The notes under the pieces are model-generated. The model saw only the letters and a program-made list of their open reading frames with translations, did no database searches and had not been told where the DNA came from. From positions 1-48,175 of the forward strand of contig CALVSZ010000001.1 in the NCBI GenBank assembly GCA_944359705.1: DNA of 48,175 nucleotides. Direction: 5' to 3'. Positions 19,448 through 27,123 of this stretch are shown here, piece after piece. The position numbers and the translations under genes are program-made. The stretch comes from an uncultured Bacilli bacterium (GTDB taxonomy: Bacteria > Bacillota_I > Bacilli_A > RF39 > UBA660). Each line of letters starts with the position of its first letter. The stretch's first letter is position 1.

Positions 19448-19750
19448 ATGATAGAAAATATGTTATTAATTGGTATTTCTGATGAATTTATTGATGAGCT
19501 AATTGATAAAATTGGTTATGACCGTGTATTAAATTTAGCTTGTAATTATGAAAAAGTAAAAAAGAATAGAGATTTATTAAAATCATTTGGAATAAAAGAT
19601 ATAGATAACTTAATGATAAAACGAAGCCATTTGTTTTTAGAAGAACCGGAAATACTTTTGAAAAAATTTTCCCAATTTAATATTCCTGTGGTAGTTGAAT
19701 TAATTAACGATGATGTAAATGTTATTGATGAAATAATTAATTACAAATAA
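19448..19750 (+). CDS. Small hypothetical helical-repeat protein (cassette gene 4)
   Basis: Starts 2 nt after the upstream stop, behind GGGAGG. LLKSFGIKDIDNLMIKRSHLFLEEPEILLKKF resembles the repeat seen in gene 3. Confidence 0.65.
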   Translation: MIENMLLIGISDEFIDELIDKIGYDRVLNLACNYEKVKKNRDLLKSFGIKDIDNLMIKRSHLFLEEPEILLKKFSQFNIPVVVELINDDVNVIDEIINYK

Positions 19751-19754
19751 TAGT

Positions 19755-19790
19755 AAACCTAAAATTACAACTTGTATTTTTAGGTTTTTT
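19755..19790 (+). terminator. Intrinsic terminator closing the 10367-19750 gene string
   Basis: AAACCTAAAA (19755-19764) pairs with TTTTAGGTTT (19777-19786), followed by TTTT. Confidence 0.7.
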
Positions 19791-19802
19791 ATAATATAAT
19801 TT

Positions 19803-22193
19803 ATGTTAGAGAATATGGGTGATAATATGGCTAGTATGTCTTCGTTTTTTATAAATGATAAGAAATCTTTAATAGCTAATAAGGCTTCAATTATTCAAGG
19901 TAATAAATATAGATTTACTGTTTTAACTAATCGTTTAATTAGACTTGAATATAGTGAAAATGGTAAGTTTGAAGATAGAGCAACACAAAATGTGATTTTT
20001 AGAAATTTTGAACCAATTCAGTTTAGTGTAACGGAAACAGAAGCTTTGCTTGAAATAAAAACGGAATATTTAACTTTGGCTTATGTAAAAAATAAACCTT
20101 TTGTTGGAGGCAAAATAGCAACAGGTAATACTTTAAAAGTTAATCTAAACGGGACAGATAAAGAATGGTATTATGGTAATCCTGAAGTTAGAAATTTTGG
20201 TGGAATAAATTATTCGTTAGATAATTTTGAAGGAAATTTAAAATTAAATAAAGGGTTATATTCGATGGATGGATTTACTGCCATTGATGATTCTTTATCA
20301 CTTGTTTTAAATGATGATGATAATTTTATTGAAAGAGAAAATAAAGAAACTGATGTTTATTTGTTCGTGTATAAAAAAGATTTTGGGCAATGTTTAAAGG
20401 ACTATTATATGTTAACTGGCTATCCTTCTTTTATCCCAAGATATGCTTTAGGTAATTGGTGGTATAAAAATGATATGTATACGACTAATAGTGTTATCGA
20501 GTTAATAAATAAATTTGAAGATAATAACATTCCATTATCGATTATGACATTAGGGGATAAGTGGCATAATAGTAAAAATAATTATTTGTTTGATGCAACT
20601 TATTTAGATCCAATGGTGATAAAACAATTTTTAAATGAAAAGAAGATAGTTTTGGGACTTAAAGTTGATCCTGAACTTGGCGTTAGTAGTGAAGATAATA
20701 TGTATAAACAGTTAACTAAATATTTAGGTAATTATAAGAATTTATCATTTTTCCCTTTGGACATGACAAGATTAGCCTTATACTTTAATGCATATATTAA
20801 ACCATTACAATCACTTGGAGTTGATTTTTTTAGCATTGGTTATAATAAAATAGAAGATCTTCGTAATTTATGGTTATTAAATCATTATCATTATACGGAA
20901 ATTGCAACACTTAAAAATGTGCGTGGTTTAATTTTATCTAGAAATTGCGGCAAAGCTCCCCATAGATACCCAGTTATTTATACGGGTAGAACTAAAGCTA
21001 GTTGGGAGACATTAAATGCACTTCCATATTATAACTTATCAGCATCTAATATTGGCGTTAGCTTTATAGCTCATGCCTTAGGAGGATATCATGGCGGAGT
21101 AGAAGTTGATGAACTATATTTAAGATATATTCAATTTGGAACGTTTAGCCCGATTTTTTTATTAGCAAGTGATGGCGGAAAATATTATAAAAGAGAGCCT
21201 TGGAGATGGAATGAAAGAAATTTAGGAGTAATTAGGGAATATATGCAACTAAGGCATAAATTAATACCATATTTATATACGGAAAGTTATATATATCATA
21301 AAACGGGAGCTCCTTTAATTCAACCATTTTATTATAAATATCCGCAAATATATGATGAACCTTTGTATAAAAATCAATATTTCTTTGGTAGTGAAATGTT
21401 TATAGCTCCCATTACTAAACACAAAAATTATATAATGAACCGCGTCGTTCAAAGAGTTTTTGTTCCAGATGGAATGTGGTTTGATTATAAAAGCGGAAGA
21501 AAATATCCAGGAAATAAATATTATATGAATTTCTATAAGAATGAAGATTATCCTGTTTTTTGTAAAGCTGGTACGATACTTCCATTATCTTTAGATAAAG
21601 GAACAAATCCTCCGGTCAATATAGAACTTCAAGTTTTCCCTGAAGCTAGTAATGTATATAATTTATATGAAGATGATGGAATAACATATAATTATAAGAA
21701 CGGAAATTATTTAATTACTAATTATGAATTTAAGTATGAAAAAGACAATTATATGTTATCTATTAGATATTTAGAAGGAACATGTAGTGCTATTCCGGAA
21801 AGAAGAAATTATAAAATTAGATTTAGAAACACAAGAAGTTGTCATACCATTGTTTATGTAAATGGAAGCCCAGTTCAGGTTAAAACGTATACTCTAAAAA
21901 ATGATTTTGTAATAGAAATTGAAGGAGTACCATTTAATGCTAATGTTGGAGTTAATTGTACAGGTCAAGATATTGAAATAGATGCTGTTAATTTAATAAA
22001 TGATGATATTGCTAATATAATTGATGACTTGGAAATTGAAACAACTCTAAAGGAAAAAGCGGATGCCATTATGTTTAGTAGCCTTCCAATTAAGAAAAAA
22101 AGAATTGAAATAAGAAAATTAAGAAAGTTTAAATTGGAACCTAAATTTGTTAATTTATTCTTAAAACTACTTGAGTATCTAAGTGAAGTATAG
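19803..22193 (+). CDS. Glycoside hydrolase family 31-fold protein (hallmark Asp positions appear substituted; see findings)
   Basis: Colinear GH31 blocks: GVDFFSIGYN, HRYPVIYTGRTKASWETL, NIGVSFIAHALGGYHGG, ELYLRYIQFGTFSP and the C-terminal beta-sandwich region. The start is uncertain (19803 or the ATG at 19827). Confidence 0.75.
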   Translation: MLENMGDNMASMSSFFINDKKSLIANKASIIQGNKYRFTVLTNRLIRLEYSENGKFEDRATQNVIFRNFEPIQFSVTETEALLEIKTEYLTLAYVKNKPFVGGKIATGNTLKVNLNGTDKEWYYGNPEVRNFGGINYSLDNFEGNLKLNKGLYSMDGFTAIDDSLSLVLNDDDNFIERENKETDVYLFVYKKDFGQCLKDYYMLTGYPSFIPRYALGNWWYKNDMYTTNSVIELINKFEDNNIPLSIMTLGDKWHNSKNNYLFDATYLDPMVIKQFLNEKKIVLGLKVDPELGVSSEDNMYKQLTKYLGNYKNLSFFPLDMTRLALYFNAYIKPLQSLGVDFFSIGYNKIEDLRNLWLLNHYHYTEIATLKNVRGLILSRNCGKAPHRYPVIYTGRTKASWETLNALPYYNLSASNIGVSFIAHALGGYHGGVEVDELYLRYIQFGTFSPIFLLASDGGKYYKREPWRWNERNLGVIREYMQLRHKLIPYLYTESYIYHKTGAPLIQPFYYKYPQIYDEPLYKNQYFFGSEMFIAPITKHKNYIMNRVVQRVFVPDGMWFDYKSGRKYPGNKYYMNFYKNEDYPVFCKAGTILPLSLDKGTNPPVNIELQVFPEASNVYNLYEDDGITYNYKNGNYLITNYEFKYEKDNYMLSIRYLEGTCSAIPERRNYKIRFRNTRSCHTIVYVNGSPVQVKTYTLKNDFVIEIEGVPFNANVGVNCTGQDIEIDAVNLINDDIANIIDDLEIETTLKEKADAIMFSSLPIKKKRIEIRKLRKFKLEPKFVNLFLKLLEYLSEV

Positions 22194-22235
22194 TATAATA
22201 ACAACAAAACAAAGGAAAGAAGTAGTAATAATTAA

Positions 22236-22398
22236 AGTTTTGATAGAGAGTAAGTGGTTGGTGAAAACTTATAAACAATAATTATGAACTTGTCTTTTTA
22301 GTTGCTTTTAAGCCGGGTAATTACGTTATAAATATGAGTAATAAGGTAGGATGGTACCGCGTTTATACGCTCCTAGATATTTAGGGGTGTATTTTTTT
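22236..22398 (+). promoter_or_regulatory. T-box riboswitch leader with Leu (CUU) specifier
   Basis: GATAGAGAGTAAGT (GA/K-turn plus AGAGUA), distal-loop GGTTGGTGAAA, GAA-CTT-G specifier context (CTT 22289-22291), T-box sequence GGATGGTACCGCG (22349-22361), and a terminator helix at 22367-22390 followed by a T-run to 22398. Confidence 0.85.
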
Positions 22399-22410
22399 AG
22401 GAGGTAAGAA

Positions 22411-22785
22411 ATGATTGACGGTAAAGTTATAGGAATTATAATTGAGTATGTGATTGTTTTTCTAATAATGATTATATTTAATTATTTTGTATTTGTAAGA
22501 AAGAAGAAAAAACTTGATAAGAAAAAGATTCCTGTTGAGCTTGCTTACTTAGTGGTATTATATAAATTAGATGTCAAAAAAATTAATTATAAAAAGTTTT
22601 TATGGACTTATTCCATTATAAATGCTTTTATTGTAGCAACTATATATATAATAGTTTTGTATTTAGTGGAAGGTTTTATTTGGCAATTAATTATTGGTGC
22701 TGTTTTATTATTTTTATTAATCATTATTTGTTATGGATTACTTGGAAGACATTATCAAAAGAAAGAAGGAAAAAGTGATGTATAA
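22411..22785 (+). CDS. Small membrane protein (3 predicted TM segments) encoded between the T-box and leuS
   Basis: Strong SD AGGAGGT 5 nt upstream. 124 aa. The stop overlaps the leuS start (ATGTATAA). Confidence 0.65.
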   Translation: MIDGKVIGIIIEYVIVFLIMIIFNYFVFVRKKKKLDKKKIPVELAYLVVLYKLDVKKINYKKFLWTYSIINAFIVATIYIIVLYLVEGFIWQLIIGAVLLFLLIIICYGLLGRHYQKKEGKSDV

Positions 22786-25180
22786 TTTTAGAAAAATAGA
22801 AGAAAAGTGGCAAAATTATTGGAAGGAACATGAAACTTTTAAGGCGGAAGACGATTTTAGTAAAAAGAAATTTTATGGTTTAGTGGAATTTCCTTATCCG
22901 TCTGGGTCTGGGATGCATGTAGGACATATCAAAGCGTATTCAGGACTTGAAGTAATAGCTAGAAAAAGAAGAATGGAAGGATATAATGTACTCTTTCCAA
23001 TTGGATTTGATGCATTTGGACTTCCTACGGAGAATTATGCAATTAAGACAAATATTCATCCTAGAATAGTTACTGATAATAATATAAAAAATTTTACTAA
23101 TCAGTTAAAAAGGGTAGGATTTTCCTTTGATTATGAAAGAGTTATTGATACGACGGATGAAAATTATTATAAATGGACACAATGGATATTTTTAAAATTA
23201 TTTGAACATGGACTTGCCTTTCGTGATAAAACATTAGTTAATTATTGCCCATCTTGTAAAGTTGTTTTATCTAATGAGGATTCTCAAGGTGGGAAATGTG
23301 ATATTTGTCATAGTGATGTTATTCAAAAAGAGAAAGATGTTTGGTATTTACGAATCACTGAATATGCTGAAAAATTATTAGAAGGACTTAAAGATGTAGA
23401 TTATTTACCTAAAATTAAATTACAACAAGAAAATTGGATAGGTAAATCGACTGGTGCTTTTGTTAATTTTGAAATAGAAGGAATTAATGACAAGTTAAAA
23501 ATATATACGACTAGACCAGATACATTATTTGGTGTTACTTTTATGGTAATTGCGCCCGAGCATCCATTAATAGATAAAAATAAGGATATTATAGAAAATA
23601 TGGATGAAATATATAAATATAGGGAAGTTGCTAGTAAGAAAACAGAATTTGAAAGAATAGAGTTAGTTAAGGACAAAACTGGAGTACTTATAAAAGGAAT
23701 TAAGGCAATTAACCCAGTTAATGGTAAGAGCGTACCTATTTATACTTCTGATTATGTAATGATGGGGTATGGAACGGGTGCTATTATGGCAGTACCGGCC
23801 CATGATGGAAGAGACTATGACTTTGCTAAAAAATTTAATATTGATATTATTCCTGTAATTAAGAACCCTAGTGATGATACTCTTCCTTATGTAGGAGATG
23901 GAGTAATGATTAATTCTGATTTCTTAGATGGAATTAATAATAAAAAAGATGCTATTAAGAAAATGATTGAATTTTTAAAGGAAAAAGGTATTGGTGAAGC
24001 TGCTACGCAATATAAGATGAAAGATTGGGCATTCAATAGACAAAGATATTGGGGAGAACCTATTCCTATTGTTCATTGCAAACATTGTGGTAATGTGGCT
24101 GTACCTTACGAAGAATTACCTTTGAAACTTCCTAAAATAGATAATTTTGCTCCTGGAACTGATGGAGAAAGTCCACTTGCTAAGATAGATAGTTTTGTTA
24201 ATTGTAAATGTCCTAAATGTGGAAGAGATGCTAAGCGTGAAACTGATACGATGCCACAATGGGCAGGATCATCTTGGTACTATTTAAGATATATTGATCC
24301 ACATAATGATAAAGAACTTGCAAGTATGGATAAACTTAAGTATTGGTTGCCAGTCGATTGGTATAATGGTGGTATGGAGCATGTAACTAGACACGTTATA
24401 TATTCAAGATTTTGGCATCACTTCTTATATGATATTGGGGTAGTCCCTACAAAGGAACCTTATTCTAAGAGAACTGCTCAGGGATTAATATTAGGACCTG
24501 ATGGAGATAAGATGAGTAAAAGTAAGGGAAATGTAGTAGATCCAAATGAAGTAGTAGATGTATATGGAGCAGATGTTCTTAGAACTTATGTTTTGTTTAT
24601 GGGTGATTATGCTTTAGATTGCCCTTGGAACGATAATGCTATTAAAGGTGTAAGTAGATTTTTAGATAAAGTGTATAACTTAAAGGATAAATTGAATGAT
24701 AAAGAAGGGTATACTAAAGAATTAGAAGTAATAATTAATAAAACAATTAAGAAAGTAAGTGAAGACTATGAAAGTATGAAATATAATACGGGAATATCTG
24801 AACTTATGAAACTTGTAAACAGTTATATGGATATTAATAGTATAACTAAAGATGATTACATGATATTAATCAAATTATTGCATCCGGTTGCACCACATAT
24901 AACAGAAGAGCTAAATGAAATATTAGGAAATACAAAACTTGTTGAAAATTCTAGTTGGCCTAAATACGATGATAGTAAAGTAGTAGATGATGTAATTGTA
25001 ATTGCTGTTCAAGTAAATGGTAAAGTAAGGGATACTATTAAAGTTAGAACAGACGAAAATAAAGAAGTAGTAGAGAATGAAGCGATGAGTGCTAATAATG
25101 TGAAGAAACATTTAGAGGGAAAAGAAATTGTTAAAGTAATTGTAGTCCCTAATAAGATAGTAAATATTGTTGTAAAGTAG
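22778..25180 (+). CDS. leuS: Leucyl-tRNA synthetase
   Basis: MYNFRKIEEKWQNYW start, HVGH (HIGH motif), KMSKSKGN (KMSKS) and a CP1 editing domain. The ORF-track N-terminal extension is rejected (SD AAGGA lies before the ATG at 22778). Confidence 0.97.
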   Translation: MYNFRKIEEKWQNYWKEHETFKAEDDFSKKKFYGLVEFPYPSGSGMHVGHIKAYSGLEVIARKRRMEGYNVLFPIGFDAFGLPTENYAIKTNIHPRIVTDNNIKNFTNQLKRVGFSFDYERVIDTTDENYYKWTQWIFLKLFEHGLAFRDKTLVNYCPSCKVVLSNEDSQGGKCDICHSDVIQKEKDVWYLRITEYAEKLLEGLKDVDYLPKIKLQQENWIGKSTGAFVNFEIEGINDKLKIYTTRPDTLFGVTFMVIAPEHPLIDKNKDIIENMDEIYKYREVASKKTEFERIELVKDKTGVLIKGIKAINPVNGKSVPIYTSDYVMMGYGTGAIMAVPAHDGRDYDFAKKFNIDIIPVIKNPSDDTLPYVGDGVMINSDFLDGINNKKDAIKKMIEFLKEKGIGEAATQYKMKDWAFNRQRYWGEPIPIVHCKHCGNVAVPYEELPLKLPKIDNFAPGTDGESPLAKIDSFVNCKCPKCGRDAKRETDTMPQWAGSSWYYLRYIDPHNDKELASMDKLKYWLPVDWYNGGMEHVTRHVIYSRFWHHFLYDIGVVPTKEPYSKRTAQGLILGPDGDKMSKSKGNVVDPNEVVDVYGADVLRTYVLFMGDYALDCPWNDNAIKGVSRFLDKVYNLKDKLNDKEGYTKELEVIINKTIKKVSEDYESMKYNTGISELMKLVNSYMDINSITKDDYMILIKLLHPVAPHITEELNEILGNTKLVENSSWPKYDDSKVVDDVIVIAVQVNGKVRDTIKVRTDENKEVVENEAMSANNVKKHLEGKEIVKVIVVPNKIVNIVVK

Positions 25181-25203
25181 AGAAGTTATTTCTCTATTTT
25201 TTT
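25178..25203 (+). terminator. Intrinsic terminator after leuS
   Basis: TAGAGAA-GTTAT-TTCTCTA followed by TTTTTTT. Confidence 0.65.
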
Positions 25204-25290
25204 AAAAACTTATGTGTATAGTAATTGTAAAATGTATTGATAATTTTATAAAAATATAGTACTCTAATAATAGGAAAGGGAGTTGATAAA

Positions 25291-25491
25291 GTGATTTATC
25301 CATCTATAGATAAAATATTAAATATTGTTGATTCTAAGTATGCACTTGTTTATATTGCAGCTGATAGAAGTAAACAAATGACAAAGACTGGTTATTACCA
25401 AATGAAAGAAAGTGATTACAAATGTCAAAGTAATATTGGAAGGGCTTTGGAAGAGGTTTATAATAATTTAATTAAAGTAGAAAAAAAATAG
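25291..25491 (+). CDS. rpoZ: DNA-directed RNA polymerase omega subunit
   Basis: YPSIDKILNIVDSKYALVYIAADRSKQM matches the RpoZ core pattern. 66 aa. GTG start behind GGGAG. Confidence 0.8.
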   Translation: MIYPSIDKILNIVDSKYALVYIAADRSKQMTKTGYYQMKESDYKCQSNIGRALEEVYNNLIKVEKK

Positions 25492-25506
25492 AATTGGAGT
25501 AAAAAT

Positions 25507-25947
25507 ATGGCATTAGAATTTAGACGAGCAAATATTGATGATATAGAAGGAATTGTGGATTTGTGTAATGAATGTTTTGAAGAAAATACAGATTATAAAT
25601 ATGCAAGAGATGTTTTTCAAAAAACAATAAATGATGATAATCATATATATTTAATAGGAGTTTTAGATAGGGAGATAGTTGCACACACTAAAATTACAAT
25701 AATTCCAACAATTTTTGCAGGAATGGACACTTATGCCATTTTAAATCATGCATGTGTAAAAAGAAAATATAGAAGAAAAAATATAGCCACAAAGATGTTA
25801 ATAGAAGTCCAAAAAATAGCAAAAGAACAGGGATGCGTAGATTTGAAATTATGGTCTATGAATTTTAGAAAAGCAGCACATAAGTGTTATAAACATTTTG
25901 GATTTAAAGCAATTAATGCAAAATTTTTTAGAAAGAATATACTATAA
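25507..25947 (+). CDS. GNAT-family N-acetyltransferase
   Basis: 146 aa. Acetyl-CoA motif VKRKYRRKNIATKML and C-terminal HKCYKHFGF. Confidence 0.8.
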   Translation: MALEFRRANIDDIEGIVDLCNECFEENTDYKYARDVFQKTINDDNHIYLIGVLDREIVAHTKITIIPTIFAGMDTYAILNHACVKRKYRRKNIATKMLIEVQKIAKEQGCVDLKLWSMNFRKAAHKCYKHFGFKAINAKFFRKNIL

Positions 25948-25952
25948 AGATT

Positions 25953-25976
25953 ATGAGATTAATTTCTCATTTTTTT
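25953..25976 (+). terminator. Intrinsic terminator after the GNAT gene
   Basis: ATGAGA-TTAATT-TCTCAT followed by TTTTTT. Confidence 0.6.
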
Positions 25977-26013
25977 GTGCTATTTTAAGTAAATTAAAGT
26001 AGTTTAAGTTTAT

Positions 26014-26796
26014 ATGTATAATAGGGGGTGTTTTGGTATTAATAATATTTTAAAATTGAATAAAGAATTTATGAGAATAAAAAATATGGGATGGGTACGT
26101 ACTGTTGTAAATGGAAGTGCTGGCGTTGGATTAACTTTTGAGTATTTGTTAGGAAAGGAGTTTGATAATGAAGGATTACCTGATTATGAAGGAATTGAGA
26201 TTAAAGCAAGAAGATGTTATACAAAATCTTTAATTAATTTATTTAATGGGAATCCTAATAGCAAAGAGAAGGTTGCCCAATATCTGGTTAACAATTATGG
26301 TTATCCTGATTATATATATAAATCATGCAATGTTTTGTCTGCTGAAGTTGATACGTTAGAAAAAAGAAAAGCGGGAAAAAATTATAAATTTATATTAAAG
26401 GTTTTTAGAAAAGGTAGACGTGTTGGATTATGGATTTATGATTCAGATGATAATATTATGGATGGTACAACTGTTTATTGGACATTTGATTATTTAAAAG
26501 AGAAGCTTGAAACCAAGTTAAAATTACTTGCAGTTGTTGTTGCTAGTAGGAAATTTGTAGATGGAATAGAATATTTTCATTATGTAACAATTAGGTATTA
26601 CCAATTAAAAAATTTTAAAACTTTTATAAGTTTAATTGAAAAAGGTATAATATCCATATGCATAAAGATAAGTGTTTATAGACGTGGTGACAAAATAGGA
26701 ATGATTGATGATAAAGGTATTTCTTTTAGAATTAAATATGAAGATTTGGATAAGTTATTTACCAGAATAAAAATAGAAAAAGATACTTACATGTAG
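26014..26796 (+). CDS. MvaI/BcnI-family (MutH-related) PD-(D/E)xK restriction-endonuclease homologue, solitary
   Basis: GSAGVGLTFEYLLGKEFDNEGLPDYEGIEIKAR has the D-x4-E-x-K spacing (D 26182-84, E 26197-99, K 26203-05). The C-terminal block KLLAVVVA...YFHY...LIEKGIISICIKI...DKGISFRIKYEDLDKLF is colinear with my memory of BcnI/MvaI. There is no SD before the ATG. Confidence 0.65.
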   Translation: MYNRGCFGINNILKLNKEFMRIKNMGWVRTVVNGSAGVGLTFEYLLGKEFDNEGLPDYEGIEIKARRCYTKSLINLFNGNPNSKEKVAQYLVNNYGYPDYIYKSCNVLSAEVDTLEKRKAGKNYKFILKVFRKGRRVGLWIYDSDDNIMDGTTVYWTFDYLKEKLETKLKLLAVVVASRKFVDGIEYFHYVTIRYYQLKNFKTFISLIEKGIISICIKISVYRRGDKIGMIDDKGISFRIKYEDLDKLFTRIKIEKDTYM

Positions 26797-26810
26797 TTAG
26801 TATCTTTTTT
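26780..26810 (+). terminator. Intrinsic terminator overlapping the nuclease gene stop
   Basis: AAGATACT (26780-87) pairs with AGTATCTT (26799-806), followed by TTTT. Confidence 0.6.
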
Positions 26811-26888
26811 AGTATGGGGCAATATTATAAGTACTTATATTTTTTTAGCAGAGGGTCAAGGTGTTTGGGTAAAAGGAAAGCTTGGGAC

Positions 26889-26913
26889 AAAAAAAAGAGA
26901 CTTCTTCAAGTCT
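26889..26913 (-). terminator. Intrinsic terminator of the tRNA pair (minus strand)
   Basis: The minus strand reads AGACTT-GAAG-AAGTCT followed by CTTTTTTTT. Confidence 0.7.
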
Positions 26914-26924
26914 AAATTCATAAA

Positions 26925-27001
26925 TGGTCGGGAAGACAGGATTTGAACCTGCGACCTCTACGTCCCAAGCGTAGCGCTCTACCAAGCTAAGCTACTTCCC
27001 G
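26925..27001 (-). tRNA. tRNA-Pro (anticodon UGG), CCA encoded
   Basis: The reverse complement CGGGAAGTAGCTTAGCTTGGTAGAGCGCTACGCTTGGGACGTAGAGGTCGCAGGTTCAAATCCTGTCTTCCCGACCA folds as a cloverleaf with anticodon loop CUUGGGA. Confidence 0.95.
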
Positions 27002-27005
27002 AAAA

Positions 27006-27082
27006 TGGTGGAGAATGAGGGACTCGAACCCTTGACCCTTTGCGTGCAAGGCAAATGCTCTAGCCAACTGAGCTAATTCCCC
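27006..27082 (-). tRNA. tRNA-Ala (anticodon UGC), CCA encoded
   Basis: The reverse complement is GGGGAATTAGCTCAGTTGGCTAGAGCATTTGCCTTGCACGCAAAGGGTCAAGGGTTCGAGTCCCTCATTCTCCACCA. The G3:U70 identity pair is present and the anticodon loop is CUUGCAC. Confidence 0.95.
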
Positions 27083-27094
27083 AAGACATGATAA

Positions 27095-27123
27095 ATTATA
27101 TCAGTAAATGGAGCATCTGTCAA
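27095..27123 (-). promoter_or_regulatory. Consensus sigma-A promoter for the tRNA-Ala/tRNA-Pro pair
   Basis: The minus strand reads TTGACA, a 17-nt spacer, then TATAAT. The -10 element ends 12 nt upstream of the tRNA-Ala 5' end. Confidence 0.8.

Noticed and set aside
22268-22270. An alternative CUU (in AACTTAT) as the T-box specifier.
   Set aside because: It lies in the descending arm of the short TAAGT/ACTTA helix. The CUU at 22289-22291 has the usual GAA-NNN-purine specifier-loop context. Both are Leu codons, so the amino-acid assignment is unaffected.
22733-22777. N-terminal extensions offered by the ORF track for leuS. The same issue affects 1882-1920, 2051-2065, 7884-7892, 9116-9160, 14204-14212, 27883-27918, 27976-27993, 29459-29470, 31825-31830, 35144-35152, 43978-44034, 46909-46959 and 47385-47438.
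   Set aside because: In each case an internal ATG or GTG is preceded by a proper SD and matches the conserved N-terminus of the family, while the upstream extension lacks an SD or overlaps the preceding gene.
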